Of a DNA stretch of 64,000 nt, positions 8,354-21,884 are shown in pieces; the stretch's first letter is position 1, and every line of letters begins with the position of its first letter. Source of the stretch: Euryhalocaulis sp. (GTDB lineage: Bacteria > Pseudomonadota > Alphaproteobacteria > Caulobacterales > Maricaulaceae); the NCBI GenBank assembly GCA_050486445.1, contig JBJHDH010000011.1, positions 2,870 to 66,869 on the forward strand, in the 5' to 3' direction. The notes below the pieces were generated by a model, which saw nothing but the letters and a program-made list of their open reading frames with translations, was not told the DNA's origin and ran no database searches. Position numbers and translations under genes: made by a program.

Positions 8354-8789
8354 AGTCGGCGATATTCCGCGTCTGAATATCCCAGCCGCGCGAATTGGAA
8401 CGGAATGCTTCCATCCTTTTGTCCGCCGGAAGGCTCGCAAAGCCGGATTCCGTCACCGTCAGACGCGCGCCTGTTCCGCTCGGCTCCAGACGAAATTCCA
8501 CCAGCGTCATCGGCGCGGCCGGATTTTCGGCGTCATCGCCATGCGGCCAGCGCATCGAAAATAGCGCTTCCGGTTCGACACGCTCGATGATCGCTCGCCA
8601 CGGATGTCCCTCATAACCCGGATAGGTCATCTTTCCCGTCGATACCGCGCCGGGGGTGAACGGCTGATCCAGATCGACCCGGAACCATTCCCCGAATTCC
8701 TGGTGATCGGTCAAAGCCCGCCACACGCGCGACACCGGCGCGGCGATCTCGATCGTGCGCACGATTCTGTCTTCAACATGATTTATCAT
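8340..8789 (-). CDS. SRPBCC (AHSA1/START-like) domain protein
   Basis: 149 aa from MINHVEDRIVRTIEIAAPVSRVWRALTD, the typical N-terminus of Aha1-like SRPBCC proteins, which are often paired with ArsR. GGAGG RBS upstream. Confidence 0.7.
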   Translation of the reverse strand: MINHVEDRIVRTIEIAAPVSRVWRALTDHQEFGEWFRVDLDQPFTPGAVSTGKMTYPGYEGHPWRAIIERVEPEALFSMRWPHGDDAENPAAPMTLVEFRLEPSGTGARLTVTESGFASLPADKRMEAFRSNSRGWDIQTRNIADYAEK

Positions 8790-8791
8790 AA

Positions 8792-8852
8792 GCAACCTCC
8801 CGGTTGCTTTTCTTGTGACAGATGCGGCGGCTATAGGCAACCAGTTTGTTGC
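8792..8852. promoter_or_regulatory. two GCAAC-N6-GTTGC palindromes (8792..8807 and 8837..8852) upstream of the SRPBCC-ArsR operon
   Basis: Both 16-bp palindromes were read directly, centres 45 bp apart. The first overlaps the RBS. Candidate ArsR operators by inference. Confidence 0.35.
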
Positions 8853-8978
8853 GTGTTTTGCAGCGCCCGCCCGGCTTGCCGGGCTATTGGCTTGCCGAGT
8901 CGAAGCCCGAAGGGCGTAGGCTGCCCGCCTTCGTCCTACGGACTTTGGCGCGGCACATCTTGCGCAAAGCGCAAAATG

Positions 8979-9053
8979 TGGTGGGCGGTGAGAGGGTCGA
9001 ACTCCCGACATCCTCGGTGTAAACGAGGCGCTCTACCACTGAGCTAACCGCCC
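8979..9053 (-). tRNA. tRNA-Val (anticodon TAC)
   Basis: Reverse complement is GGGCGGTTAGCTCAGTGGTAGAGCGCCTCGTTTACACCGAGGATGTCGGGAGTTCGACCCTCTCACCGCCCACCA. Cloverleaf with anticodon loop TTTACAC and encoded CCA. Confidence 0.9.
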
Positions 9054-9087
9054 GAACCAGTAAGAGCGGCGCAAGGCCGCCCGGAAT

Positions 9088-10281
9088 TTACGAGCCCTCT
9101 TCCGGCGCCGCCAGAACCGTGGCCGGCATCCGCTCCATGCCATAACAGCCGAGCACGCGCGCCTGGCGCGTCTGTTGCGACAGCGCCGACAGCGCGCGGC
9201 CGACGCGCGGATCGTCGATATGGCCCTCGAAATCGGCGAAGAACATCTCTTCCCACGGATTGCCGGCGATGGGCCGCGATTCCAGCTTGGTCAGGTTGAT
9301 GTCCGCCTCGCTGAACGCCGCCAGCGCGCGCACCAGACTGCCCGGCTTGTCCAGCGTCCAGAACACGATGGAGGTCTTGCAGGGCAGCTCCATCGGCGGC
9401 GCCGAGGCCGAACGCGCGACGACGACAAAGCGCGTGTAGTTTTCCGTATGATCGGCGATGCCGGTGACGATGACATTCAGGCCGAACAGCGACGCGGCCG
9501 CCGCGCTGGCCACCGCCGCGACGCTCTCACCCTCGTCCATCGCGTGACGGATGGCGGTGGTGGAGCTGGCGGCGTAGCGCTGCACAATGTCGGCGCGGCG
9601 GGTCAGCCAGCGCCGGCACTGGGCCAGCGCCTGGGGATGGCCATAGACGGTCTTTACCGGCGACAGCGAGGTTCCGCGCCCGACCAGGCAATGCTCCACG
9701 CGCTGGTGATGCTCGCCAACGATCTGGAGGCTGTTGTCCAGCAGCAGGTCATAAACCTCGCTGATGCCGCCGATGATGGTGTTTTCGATGGGCAGCACGC
9801 CATAATCGGCCGCACCTTCCGAAACCGCCTTCACGATGGCGCCGAAATCGCGGCAGGGCATCGGCTCGAACGCCGCGTAGCGGTTGGCGAAATGGTTTTC
9901 CGCCGCCTCGTGGCTATAGGCGCCGGGCCCGCCGAGATAGGCGACAACCGGATAGTGTTGATCCTTGACGCTGATCCGGGCGTCGAGCACGCCGCGCTGG
10001 GCGCGCAGCGATTCCTCGATGAAAAGCTGGGCCAGACGCTCGGCAAAGCCGCGCGACAGGCCTTCGCCCTGGGCCTTGCGCACAAAGGCGCCGATCACCT
10101 CGCGCTCGCGCGCCTCGTCGCGCACCTTCATGCCGGTTTTGGCCTTCGCCTCCGCCACGGAAACGCCGATGCGGCGGCGCTCCCCGGCCAGGACGGCGAT
10201 TTCGGTGTCGATCTCGTCGATCCGCTTGCGCAGATCTGAAAGTCCGTTATCGGCGGCTGTCTGTCCGGCGCCTTCAGTCAT
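9088..10281 (-). CDS. pheA: bifunctional chorismate mutase / prephenate dehydratase (P-protein)
   Basis: N-terminal CM helix LRKRIDEIDTEI, a PDT domain (VAYLGGPGAYSHEAA) and a C-terminal ACT domain (ESRP...). Start taken at ATG 10281. Confidence 0.85.
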   Translation of the reverse strand: MTEGAGQTAADNGLSDLRKRIDEIDTEIAVLAGERRRIGVSVAEAKAKTGMKVRDEAREREVIGAFVRKAQGEGLSRGFAERLAQLFIEESLRAQRGVLDARISVKDQHYPVVAYLGGPGAYSHEAAENHFANRYAAFEPMPCRDFGAIVKAVSEGAADYGVLPIENTIIGGISEVYDLLLDNSLQIVGEHHQRVEHCLVGRGTSLSPVKTVYGHPQALAQCRRWLTRRADIVQRYAASSTTAIRHAMDEGESVAAVASAAAASLFGLNVIVTGIADHTENYTRFVVVARSASAPPMELPCKTSIVFWTLDKPGSLVRALAAFSEADINLTKLESRPIAGNPWEEMFFADFEGHIDDPRVGRALSALSQQTRQARVLGCYGMERMPATVLAAPEEGS

Positions 10282-10291
10282 GGTCTCTATC

Positions 10292-10327
10292 CCCAAAAGA
10301 AAAGGCCCTCCCGAGGGAGGGCCCTTT
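10292..10327 (-). terminator. intrinsic terminator downstream of lon
   Basis: The minus strand reads GGGCCCTCCCTCGGGAGGGCC followed by TTTTCTTTTGGGG. 8-bp GC stem with a 4-nt loop. Confidence 0.75.
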
Positions 10328-10468
10328 GTCCTGCCGCTCGCGCACGAGCCTAGCGGACGCCCTCCCCGCGGATGGCGTTGCTAAAGCCGAAAAAGGTCGC
10401 GCGCAAATCCATATCCGGCCTTTTGCCCGGAGCGGGCGATCCAGTCAACGGGAACGTGCAAGCCCGGC

Positions 10469-12919
10469 TCAGTGCGGTCTGGCCTGGTCGGCGTCGATGT
10501 CCGGCTCCTTGCTGGCCGCGATCTGGGCGGCGCGCTCGTCCGCCTCGGTCCATTCGACAGGCTCCAGCGGCGCGGTGAGCGCATGGCGCAGCACCTCGTC
10601 CACCGACTCCACCGGCACGATCTCCAGCCCCTGTTTCACATTCTCGGGGATTTCGACCAGATCCTTCTCGTTGTCCTTCGGGATCAGCACCGTCTTGATG
10701 TCGCCGCGCAGCGCCGCCAGCAGTTTTTCCTTCAAACCGCCAATGGGCAGCACCCGTCCGCGCAGCGTGATTTCGCCGGTCATGGCGATGTCCTTGCGGA
10801 TCGGGATGCCCGTCAGCACGGAGACAATCGCCGAGATCATCGCCACCCCGGCGGAGGGGCCGTCCTTTGGCGTCGCGCCTTCGGGCACGTGGACGTGGAT
10901 GTCGGTGGTGCGGAACACCGGCGGTTTCACGCCCAGCGCCGCGGCGCGGGACTGAACATAGGAATTGGCCGCCGAGATCGACTCCTTCATCACGTCGCGC
11001 AGATTGCCGGTCACGGTCATGCGGCCGCGGCCGGGCATGCGCACCGCCTCGATGGTCAGCAGGTCGCCGCCGGTCTCGGTCCAGGCCAGGCCGGTGACGA
11101 CGCCGACCCGATCTTCCTGATCGGCCATGCCATAGCGATGTTTGCGCACGCCAGCGAAGTCGCCCAGGTTTTCCTCGGTCACCTCGACCTTCTGAACCTC
11201 GCCCGAGACGATCTTGCGCACCGCCTTGCGGGCCAGATTGGCGATCTCGCGCTCCAGATTCCGCACACCGGCCTCGCGCGTGTAATAGCGGATCAGGCCG
11301 CGCAGGGCGCCGTCGGCAAGCGAGAACTCCTCTTCCTTCAGGCCGTGATTCTCCATCTGCTTGGGCAGCAAATGCCGGCGGGCGATCTCGACCTTCTCAT
11401 CCTCGGTGTAGCCGGCGATGCGGATGATCTCCATCCGGTCCAGCAAGGGCTGAGGCATGTTCAGGCTGTTCGCGGTGGTCACGAACATCACGTTCGAAAG
11501 GTCGTAATCGACCTCCAGATAGTGATCGTTGAAGTGGCTGTTCTGCTCGGGGTCCAGCACCTCCAGCAGCGCCGAGGACGGGTCGCCGCGGAAGTCGTGG
11601 CCCATCTTGTCGATCTCATCCAGCAGGAAGAGCGGATTGTTGGAATTCGCCTTCTTCAGGGACTGGACGATCCGGCCGGGCATGGAGCCGATATAGGTGC
11701 GGCGGTGGCCGCGGATTTCGGCTTCGTCGCGCACGCCGCCCAGCGACACGCGCACGAATTCGCGGCCCGTCGCCCGCGCGATGGACTTGCCCAGCGACGT
11801 CTTGCCGACGCCCGGAGGACCGACAAGGCACAGGATCGGACCTTTCAGCTTGCCGGTGCGGGCCTGCACCGCGAGATACTCGACGATCCGCTCCTTGACC
11901 TTGTCCAGGCCGTAATGGTCCTCGTCCAGCACCTCCTGGGCGGCGACGATGTCGGTGGACAGATCCTTGTTCTCGCCCCAGGGCAGAGACAGCATCCAGT
12001 CCAGATAATTCCGCACGACCGTGGATTCGGCCGACATCGGGCTCATCTGGCGCAGTTTTTTCATCTCGGCGTCGGCTTTGGTCCGCGCCTCCTTGCTGAG
12101 TTCCTTTTTCTCGATGCGCTCGGCCAGTTCGGACAGCTCATCGCTGCCCTCCTCCGCGTCGCCCAGCTCGCGCTGGATCGCCTTCATCTGCTCGTTCAAA
12201 TAATATTCGCGCTGGGTCTTCTCCATCTGGCGCTTGACGCGCGAACGGATTTTCCGCTCCACCTGCATCACGCCGATTTCGCCTTCCATCAGCGCAAACA
12301 CGCGTTCCAGCCGCGCCTCCAGCCGGGTTTCGGACAGCAGCGCCTGCTTTTCAGAAATTTTCACAGAGAGATTGCCGGCGATGGTGTCGGCCAGACGCGC
12401 CTCGTCCTCGATCGACTCCACATTGGCGACGACCTCGGGCGGCACTTTCTTGTTCAGCTTCACATATTCGCGGAACTGGTCGATCACCGCGCGCATCAGG
12501 GCGGCGGTTTCTTCCTCGTCGCCGCGCTCATCGGCCAGCAGCTCGATCCCGGCCTGATGAAAGTCGCCGTCGCTGTAATAGTCGCGCACCTTGGCGCGCT
12601 CCTGCCCCTCTACCAGCACCTTTACCGTGCCGTCGGGCAATTTCAGAAGCTGCATGACATTGGCGACCGTGCCGACATCGTAGAGATCGGTGAAGCCCGG
12701 CTCGTCCTCGGTCGGGTCGGTCTGGGTCAGCAACAGAATCTGCCGGTCGGCGCGCATCACCTCTTCCAGCGCGCTGACGGATTTCTCGCGGCCGACGAAC
12801 AGCGGCACGATCATGTGGGGAAACACCACGATGTCCCGCAGCGGCAGGACAGGCAGTTTCTTCGCAGAAGACCCCTGATCGGCCGGGGTCTGGTCGGAGG
12901 GCTTTTCAGCTTCAGTCAT
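10469..12919 (-). CDS. lon: ATP-dependent Lon protease (endopeptidase La)
   Basis: 816 aa with Walker [10 protein letters not shown] and the protease motif DGPSAGVAM. Confidence 0.97.
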   Translation of the reverse strand: MTEAEKPSDQTPADQGSSAKKLPVLPLRDIVVFPHMIVPLFVGREKSVSALEEVMRADRQILLLTQTDPTEDEPGFTDLYDVGTVANVMQLLKLPDGTVKVLVEGQERAKVRDYYSDGDFHQAGIELLADERGDEEETAALMRAVIDQFREYVKLNKKVPPEVVANVESIEDEARLADTIAGNLSVKISEKQALLSETRLEARLERVFALMEGEIGVMQVERKIRSRVKRQMEKTQREYYLNEQMKAIQRELGDAEEGSDELSELAERIEKKELSKEARTKADAEMKKLRQMSPMSAESTVVRNYLDWMLSLPWGENKDLSTDIVAAQEVLDEDHYGLDKVKERIVEYLAVQARTGKLKGPILCLVGPPGVGKTSLGKSIARATGREFVRVSLGGVRDEAEIRGHRRTYIGSMPGRIVQSLKKANSNNPLFLLDEIDKMGHDFRGDPSSALLEVLDPEQNSHFNDHYLEVDYDLSNVMFVTTANSLNMPQPLLDRMEIIRIAGYTEDEKVEIARRHLLPKQMENHGLKEEEFSLADGALRGLIRYYTREAGVRNLEREIANLARKAVRKIVSGEVQKVEVTEENLGDFAGVRKHRYGMADQEDRVGVVTGLAWTETGGDLLTIEAVRMPGRGRMTVTGNLRDVMKESISAANSYVQSRAAALGVKPPVFRTTDIHVHVPEGATPKDGPSAGVAMISAIVSVLTGIPIRKDIAMTGEITLRGRVLPIGGLKEKLLAALRGDIKTVLIPKDNEKDLVEIPENVKQGLEIVPVESVDEVLRHALTAPLEPVEWTEADERAAQIAASKEPDIDADQARPH

Positions 12920-13008
12920 CGTGTTCCTCCGCTCCTGGCCCAGGGAATATAGCGATCATAACGGATTCGCGTTCCCTGGCGGGCGGCTGTTTGTTGATGT
13001 TCAGGCGC

Positions 13009-13039
13009 AGATGTGGCCCCCCCAAGGGGCCTGTTCAAG
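13009..13039 (-). promoter_or_regulatory. possible sigma-32-type heat-shock promoter for lon
   Basis: The minus strand reads CTTGAA-N17-CCACATCT about 90 nt upstream of the lon ATG. The spacer is longer than the E. coli consensus, so this is weak. Confidence 0.25.
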
Positions 13040-13130
13040 CCGCCCCCGCGTAAAGGGCCGAAAATACCGGGGGATAGAGCCCGGCCCGGCTTACACAGGC
13101 CGCGCTTCACGCCTGAAAACGAGCCGGAAA

Positions 13131-14408
13131 TCAGGAGGCGACGGGCTTTGGCTGCTGCTCGCGGCGCTCGGAATGGACCAGCAGGGGCTTGGCCTTGCCG
13201 CTGACTACCTCGTCGGAGACCACGACCTCCTCCACGCCCTCCATGCCCGGCAGGTCGAACATCGTGTCGAGCAGGATATCCTCCATGATCGAGCGCAGGC
13301 CACGCGCGCCGGTCTTGCGTGCGATGGCGCGCCGGGCGATGGCCGCCAGCGCATCTTCCGAGAAGGTGAGCTTGACGTTCTCCATCTCGAACAGGCGCTG
13401 ATACTGCTTGATAAGCGCATTCTTCGGCTCGCACAGGATCTGGATCAGCGCCGCCTCATCAAGATCGTGCAGCGTGGCGATGACAGGCAGGCGGCCGACA
13501 AACTCCGGGATCAGCCCGAATTTCAGCAGATCTTCCGGCTCCACCTGAGCCAGCAGCTCGCCGGCGCGGCGCTCTTCCACGTCACGCACATCGGCGCCAA
13601 AGCCCACGGCGCTGCCCCGGCCGCGCTGGGCGATGATCTTTTCCAGTCCCGCGAAGGCGCCGCCCACGATGAACAGGATGTTCGTGGTGTCGACCTGAAG
13701 GAACTCCTGCTGCGGATGCTTGCGTCCGCCCTGCGGCGGCACGGAGGCGACGGTGCCTTCCATGATCTTCAGCAGCGCCTGCTGGACGCCCTCGCCCGAT
13801 ACATCGCGCGTGATCGACGGGTTGTCGGACTTGCGGCTGATCTTGTCGACCTCGTCGATATAGACGATGCCGCGCTGCGCCCGCTCCACATTATAGTCAG
13901 CGGACTGCAACAGTTTCAGGATGATGTTTTCCACATCCTCGCCGACATAGCCGGCCTCGGTCAGTGTCGTGGCGTCGGCCATCGTGAACGGCACGTCGAG
14001 GATACGCGCCAGCGTCTGGGCCAGCAGCGTCTTGCCGCAGCCAGTTGGACCGATCAGCAGAATGTTCGACTTCGCCAGCTCCACATCGCCGGACTGGGCG
14101 GCATGGTTGAGACGCTTGTAATGATTATGGACAGCGACCGAGAGCACGCGTTTCGCGCCATCCTGGCCGATGACATAATCATCCAGCACGTCGCAGATTT
14201 CGCGCGGAGTCGGCACGCCTTCGCGGGACTTGACCAGCGAGGTCTTGTTCTCCTCGCGGATAATGTCCATGCACAATTCGACGCATTCGTCGCAGATGAA
14301 CACGGTCGGGCCCGCGATCAGCTTGCGGACTTCGTGCTGGCTCTTCCCGCAAAAGGAACAATACAGCGTATTTTTGGAGTCGCCGCCCGGCGTCGACTTG
14401 CTGCTCAT
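13131..14408 (-). CDS. clpX: ATP-dependent Clp protease ATP-binding subunit ClpX
   Basis: 425 aa with N-terminal zinc finger CSFCGK...CDEC and Walker A GPTGCGKT. Confidence 0.97.
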   Translation of the reverse strand: MSSKSTPGGDSKNTLYCSFCGKSQHEVRKLIAGPTVFICDECVELCMDIIREENKTSLVKSREGVPTPREICDVLDDYVIGQDGAKRVLSVAVHNHYKRLNHAAQSGDVELAKSNILLIGPTGCGKTLLAQTLARILDVPFTMADATTLTEAGYVGEDVENIILKLLQSADYNVERAQRGIVYIDEVDKISRKSDNPSITRDVSGEGVQQALLKIMEGTVASVPPQGGRKHPQQEFLQVDTTNILFIVGGAFAGLEKIIAQRGRGSAVGFGADVRDVEERRAGELLAQVEPEDLLKFGLIPEFVGRLPVIATLHDLDEAALIQILCEPKNALIKQYQRLFEMENVKLTFSEDALAAIARRAIARKTGARGLRSIMEDILLDTMFDLPGMEGVEEVVVSDEVVSGKAKPLLVHSERREQQPKPVAS

Positions 14409-14620
14409 TTCCGCTCCTGCGCCGCCGTTTTCCGGCGGTCCACCCCGCTCATCGGGCTACTATCCCACCGCAACGGTTGTGATTTCGTTGCCATCCGCCA
14501 CATTCGACCATCCAAGCGCCCGCCAATCAAGCGGGGGGCGCCCCGCAATCGCAGCACCGGCAAGGCCGGCGGCCCGAAACGGCTTTGGCCCAAATATCTC
14601 CCCCCGCTTGCGGGAGGCCC

Positions 14621-15250
14621 TCATTCCTCGCCTTCCCCGGCGGAGGCGCGGCTTTCATAAACATGATCGACGATACCGAATTTCTTCGATTCCTCCGCGG
14701 TCATGAAATGGTCCCGGTCCAGGGTGCGCTCAATCGCCTCGTAATCCTGGCCGGTGTGCTTCACATAGATTTCGTTCAGCCGGCGCTTTAGCTTCACAAT
14801 GTCCTCGGCGTGGCGCTCAATGTCGCTGGCCTGGCCGCGGAAGCCGCCCGAGGGCTGGTGCACCATGATCCGGGCGTTGGGCAGCGCCACACGCGACCCC
14901 TTCTCACCCGCCGCCAGCAGCAGCGAGCCCATCGAGGCCGCCTGGCCGATACACACCGTGGTGACGGGACAGCGGATGTATTGCATCGTGTCGTAGATCG
15001 CCAGGCCGGAGGTCACGACCCCGCCAGGCGAGTTGATATACATCGAAATCTCTTTTTTCGGGTTCTCCGACTCCAGGAACAGGAGCTGGGAGACCACCAG
15101 CGAGGCCATGCCGTCTTCCACCGGGCCGGTCAGGAAGATGATCCGCTCCTTCAGCAGGCGGGAGAAAATATCATAGGCGCGCTCGCCCCGGCTGGTCTGC
15201 TCGACCACCATGGGGACAAGGTTCATCACCGCCGCGTGCGGATCGTTCAT
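14621..15250 (-). CDS. clpP: ATP-dependent Clp protease proteolytic subunit ClpP
   Basis: 209 aa with [26 protein letters not shown] and GQAASMGS (catalytic Ser). Confidence 0.97.
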   Translation of the reverse strand: MNDPHAAVMNLVPMVVEQTSRGERAYDIFSRLLKERIIFLTGPVEDGMASLVVSQLLFLESENPKKEISMYINSPGGVVTSGLAIYDTMQYIRCPVTTVCIGQAASMGSLLLAAGEKGSRVALPNARIMVHQPSGGFRGQASDIERHAEDIVKLKRRLNEIYVKHTGQDYEAIERTLDRDHFMTAEESKKFGIVDHVYESRASAGEGEE

Positions 15251-15513
15251 CGGACTGCTCCCCTTCCCGGAAGGCTCTGTGCGCGCCCGGCCGGGCGCGA
15301 TTCGGACAATATCTTATATCGAAATGTCCAGAGAGGACTGCAAGGGGTGGACGCGGTTAACGCCGCAGCGAAAGCCGGCGACCCCTACCCCGCGATCACG
15401 AGGGCCAGCAACAGCACGGCGACCATGGCCACGGCGGCGAAGGCGCAGCAGACCTGCAACCATCCACAGATGGCGGCCGCGCGACGCCGGAATACGCCGC
15501 CGGCCAAACCGGC

Positions 15514-16950
15514 CTACTCCCCGGCGGCGTCTTCAGCCGCTTCCCCGGCTTTCTTCTTCGCGGCTTTTTTGGCGGGTTTCTTCGCCGGTTTCGCCGCTTT
15601 TTCCCCGGCGGCCGAGGGCGCCTCGTCGTCGGTGAACAGCTCTTCGCGGCTCACCGTCTCATCGGTCACTTCGGCCAGTTCGAGGATATAGTCGATGACC
15701 TTTTCCTCGTAGATCGGGGCGCGGAGCTGGGCCAGCGCGCCGGGATTCTGCTGGTAGAATTCCACCACCTGCCGCTCCTGCCCCGGATAGCGCATCGCCT
15801 CCTGGTTCACGACGCGGGCCAGCTCCTCATCCTGCACGCTGACTTTGCCCACGCGGCCGATCTCGGCCAGCACCAGACCCAGACGCACCCGCCGCTCGGA
15901 GATGCGGCGATATTCGGCTTTCAGCTCGTCCTCGGACTTGTCCTTGTCCTCGTCGTCGAGATTGCCGGCCTGGATGTCGGCTTCGACCTGCTGCCAGATC
16001 GCGCCGAATTCCTGCTCCACCATGCGGGCGGGCAGTTCGAAATCATGCAGCCCGTCCAGCGCGTCCAGAATGCGGCGCTTGGCGCGGGCGCGGGACTGCG
16101 CCTTGTATTCGTTCTCCAGATTCGACTTCACCGCCTCGCGCAGCGAGTCCAGCGATTCCAGGCCCAGATTCTTCGCCAGATCCTCGTCCACAGCCGAAGG
16201 CTTGGGCGCGGCGACAGCGCTCACCTTCACATCGAACTGCGCCGGTTTGCCCGCCAGCGGCGCGTGGCCGTAATCTTCCGGGAAAGTCACGTCGATGGTG
16301 CGTTCCTCGCCGGCCTTCGCGCCCTCCAGCGCCTCTTCGAAGCCCGGAATGAAGCGGCCCTGGCCCAGCACCAGATCGACGCCATCGGCTTTGCCGCCCT
16401 CGAATTCCTCGCCATCGACCCGGCCCACGAAATCCACGGTCACGCGGTCGCCGCTCTCCGCCGGGCCGTCCTTGTCGCCATAGGAGACGTTCTGCTCGGC
16501 GATCTTCTGCAGCGACTCGTCGATCTCGGCGCCGCCCGGCTCGGCGACCGGGCGCACGATGCTCAGCGTCTTGGGATCGGCCGGCTCAAAGTCCGGCATC
16601 ACGTCCAGATGGATGTGATAGACATAGTCGGCGCCGCCCTCGACAACCCGCTCCATGTCGGATTCGGGATGGATGTGCGGGGCGGAGGCCTGACGCACGC
16701 CCTTTTCCTCCAGCGCCTTTTCGCTGGTCTCAGCGGTCACTTCCTGGACCACGTCGCCCATGATCGACTTGCCGAACACCTTGCGGATATGGCTGGCCGG
16801 CACCTTGCCGGGGCGGAAGCCCTTCAGCCGCACGCGCGGGCGCAGCTCCTCGATTTTCGCCTCCAGGCGCTTGTCCATCTCCGCGGCCGGAATGGTGATT
16901 TCATAGACCTTGTTCAGGCCCTCGGAGGACTCAAGCTCGACGACGTTCAT
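15514..16950 (-). CDS. tig: trigger factor with Lys/Ala/Pro-rich C-terminal tail
   Basis: 478 aa with GFRPGKVP ribosome-binding signature and an FKBP domain. The tail is ...GEKAAKPAKKPAKKAAKKKAGEAAEDAAGE. Confidence 0.95.
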   Translation of the reverse strand: MNVVELESSEGLNKVYEITIPAAEMDKRLEAKIEELRPRVRLKGFRPGKVPASHIRKVFGKSIMGDVVQEVTAETSEKALEEKGVRQASAPHIHPESDMERVVEGGADYVYHIHLDVMPDFEPADPKTLSIVRPVAEPGGAEIDESLQKIAEQNVSYGDKDGPAESGDRVTVDFVGRVDGEEFEGGKADGVDLVLGQGRFIPGFEEALEGAKAGEERTIDVTFPEDYGHAPLAGKPAQFDVKVSAVAAPKPSAVDEDLAKNLGLESLDSLREAVKSNLENEYKAQSRARAKRRILDALDGLHDFELPARMVEQEFGAIWQQVEADIQAGNLDDEDKDKSEDELKAEYRRISERRVRLGLVLAEIGRVGKVSVQDEELARVVNQEAMRYPGQERQVVEFYQQNPGALAQLRAPIYEEKVIDYILELAEVTDETVSREELFTDDEAPSAAGEKAAKPAKKPAKKAAKKKAGEAAEDAAGE

Positions 16951-17126
16951 GGCGTTTCCCGGATCGGTATTGGCGGCGGGCCGCCCTGGAACCCAAAAGC
17001 CCAGGCGCCCGAAATTCAGGCGGCGCTTATGTCAAATCCCCCCGGACCGCGCAACGGGCGGGGACGCGCAGGGCCAGAGGCGGCATGAAGAGGGCTCGCC
17101 ACCCAAAGCCCCACAGACAGGAAATC

Positions 17127-17211
17127 TGGTGCGGCCGGAGGGAGTCGAACCCCCACGGGTTTCCCCACTGGAACCTAAATCCAGCGCGTCTGCCAGTTCC
17201 GCCACGGCCGC
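17127..17211 (-). tRNA. tRNA-Leu (anticodon TAG)
   Basis: Reverse complement is GCGGCCGTGGCGGAACTGGCAGACGCGCTGGATTTAGGTTCCAGTGGGGAAACCCGTGGGGGTTCGACTCCCTCCGGCCGCACCA. Long variable arm and anticodon loop TTTAGGT. Confidence 0.9.
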
Positions 17212-17384
17212 GTGCGGCGCTTTTCGGCCGGGCTGTGGGCTGAATCAAGTCCGGCCGGCGGGTGACGGCGCCAGCCCCGTGACTGCCGGCCCCGTGATGG
17301 CCGGCCATGTCGGCCGCCGGCGATCCCTGTCATCATGTCCGCCATGTCGCGGCGCAGCCGGGTTCCAGAACACAGGGTTTCCCG

Positions 17385-17909
17385 ATGACAGATGTCATAG
17401 CCATGCTCTCGGGCGGCGACCGGCGGTCTGTCGGGCGCGTCCAGGAGGTGGTTGAGGCCGTGCTGCGGGACAACTCCCTGTTGCCCGCCCTTCTGGACGG
17501 GATGGAACACGGCGAGCCTGTCATCCAGATGCGCTCGGCGGACGCCGCCGAAAAGATTTCCCGCATAAGACCCGGCTGGTTCCAGAAACGCGTGCGGGAA
17601 TTGCTGGAGATGGCGAAGCGGGCGCGGCAGCAGGAGGTGCGCTGGCATCTGGCGCAAATTCTGCCCCGCCTGGACCTTGATGCACGCCAGCGCGCCGCGC
17701 TGGCCGGGACATTGCGCCACTACATGAAGGACGAAAGCCGAATTGTCAGGGTTTGCGCCATGTCCGCACTGGCCGATCTGGCGCTTGCCGACGCCGCTTT
17801 CAAACCGGCGGCGACGGCGATTGTAGAGGATCGCGTCCGGAACGGCAGTCCAGCCGAACGCGCCCGGGCCAGAAAACTATCCGCGATGCTTGCAGGCCGC
17901 TCCGGCTGA
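17385..17909 (+). CDS. hypothetical HEAT/ARM-like repeat protein (AlkD-like DNA alkylation repair superfamily?)
   Basis: 174 aa from MTDVIAML. Helical repeat character with ...EVRWHLAQILPRL...RIVRVCAMSALADLA. The family call is tentative. Confidence 0.4.
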   Translation: MTDVIAMLSGGDRRSVGRVQEVVEAVLRDNSLLPALLDGMEHGEPVIQMRSADAAEKISRIRPGWFQKRVRELLEMAKRARQQEVRWHLAQILPRLDLDARQRAALAGTLRHYMKDESRIVRVCAMSALADLALADAAFKPAATAIVEDRVRNGSPAERARARKLSAMLAGRSG

Positions 17910-17942
17910 CCCAGCGACGGAGGGACGCAGCGCCGGGTGAAA

Positions 17943-21436
<3,494 letters not shown>

Positions 21437-21440
<4 letters not shown>

Positions 21441-21724
21441 TCCGGGAGGTTCGCGGCCGGACCGCCACGCCGCACGAAATCCTGCATCGCAGCCATCAGC
21501 CCGGACCGGTAGCGCACCGGCGGCGGCTCTGTTCCCATCACCCAGGCAAAGAGGTCAGGGTCCGGCTCGGACAGCATCGCCTCGAATTCATCCAGCGCCG
21601 CATCGTCCAGTTCTGAAAGCCGGGCGCGCGCAAACCCGCCGATGGCGAGATCGGCTTCCTTGAATCCGCGGCGCCCGGCCTGCCAGGCCAGACGCCGGAT
21701 ACGCTGGTCCCGCGATTCCGGCAT
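21437..21724 (-). CDS. sdhE: FAD assembly factor SdhE (SDHAF2/DUF339 family)
   Basis: 95 aa with RRLAWQAGRRGFKEADLAIGGF...DDAALDEFEAMLSEPDPDLFAWV. Overlaps the mfd start. Confidence 0.8.
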
Positions 21725-21884
21725 GGGCGCGCCGATATAGGCGGCGGCGAGCCGCGCGTCATCTCCCTTGCTGCGGCTCTTTCCCTGCCGCGGTCCGGTT
21801 GCGCGGGACGGTCCGCGATCCTATAGCCAAGAAACGCCCGCGCCCGGCTATGGAATGAAAACCGGGGCGGACCGGGAGGATAAC

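Noticed and set aside
8854-8978. Flanks of tRNA-Val, and of tRNA-Leu at 16951..17126, inspected for att-like partial tRNA repeats or islands
   Set aside because: No copy of either tRNA 3' end was seen nearby, and the adjacent genes have native composition. Only tRNA-Lys shows the islet signature.
10472-12952. 826-aa ORF on the plus strand, the longest ORF in this region
   Set aside because: It is exactly antisense to lon and has Arg/Ala/Gly/His/Leu-dominated low-information sequence with no motifs. This is a typical stop-codon-poor antisense frame in GC-rich DNA. The same reasoning applies to 145..1077 (antisense bioA), 12921..14660 (antisense clpX), 19140..21512 (antisense mfd), 30671..33193 (antisense ligD/ku), 22852..24168, 25909..27165, 43803..45410, 45082..46509, 57389..58336, 58309..59691 and 60380..61705.
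15251-15400. Possible sigma-32 promoter (CTTGCA ... CGATATAAG) and 16-bp palindrome GCGCCCGGCCGGGCGC upstream of clpP
   Set aside because: The -10-like element and the spacer fit the heat-shock consensus poorly. The palindrome lies in the presumed 5'UTR without a T-tract. This is too weak to annotate.
15385-15507. 40-codon hydrophobic ORF (AGGVFRRRAAAICGWLQVCCAFAAVAMVAVLLLALVIAG) in frame immediately after the tig TAG stop
   Set aside because: It has only a TTG start and no SD, and Ala/Val/Leu-rich frames arise easily in GC-rich DNA. Stop-codon read-through or a small membrane peptide cannot be excluded, but nothing in the sequence supports it.
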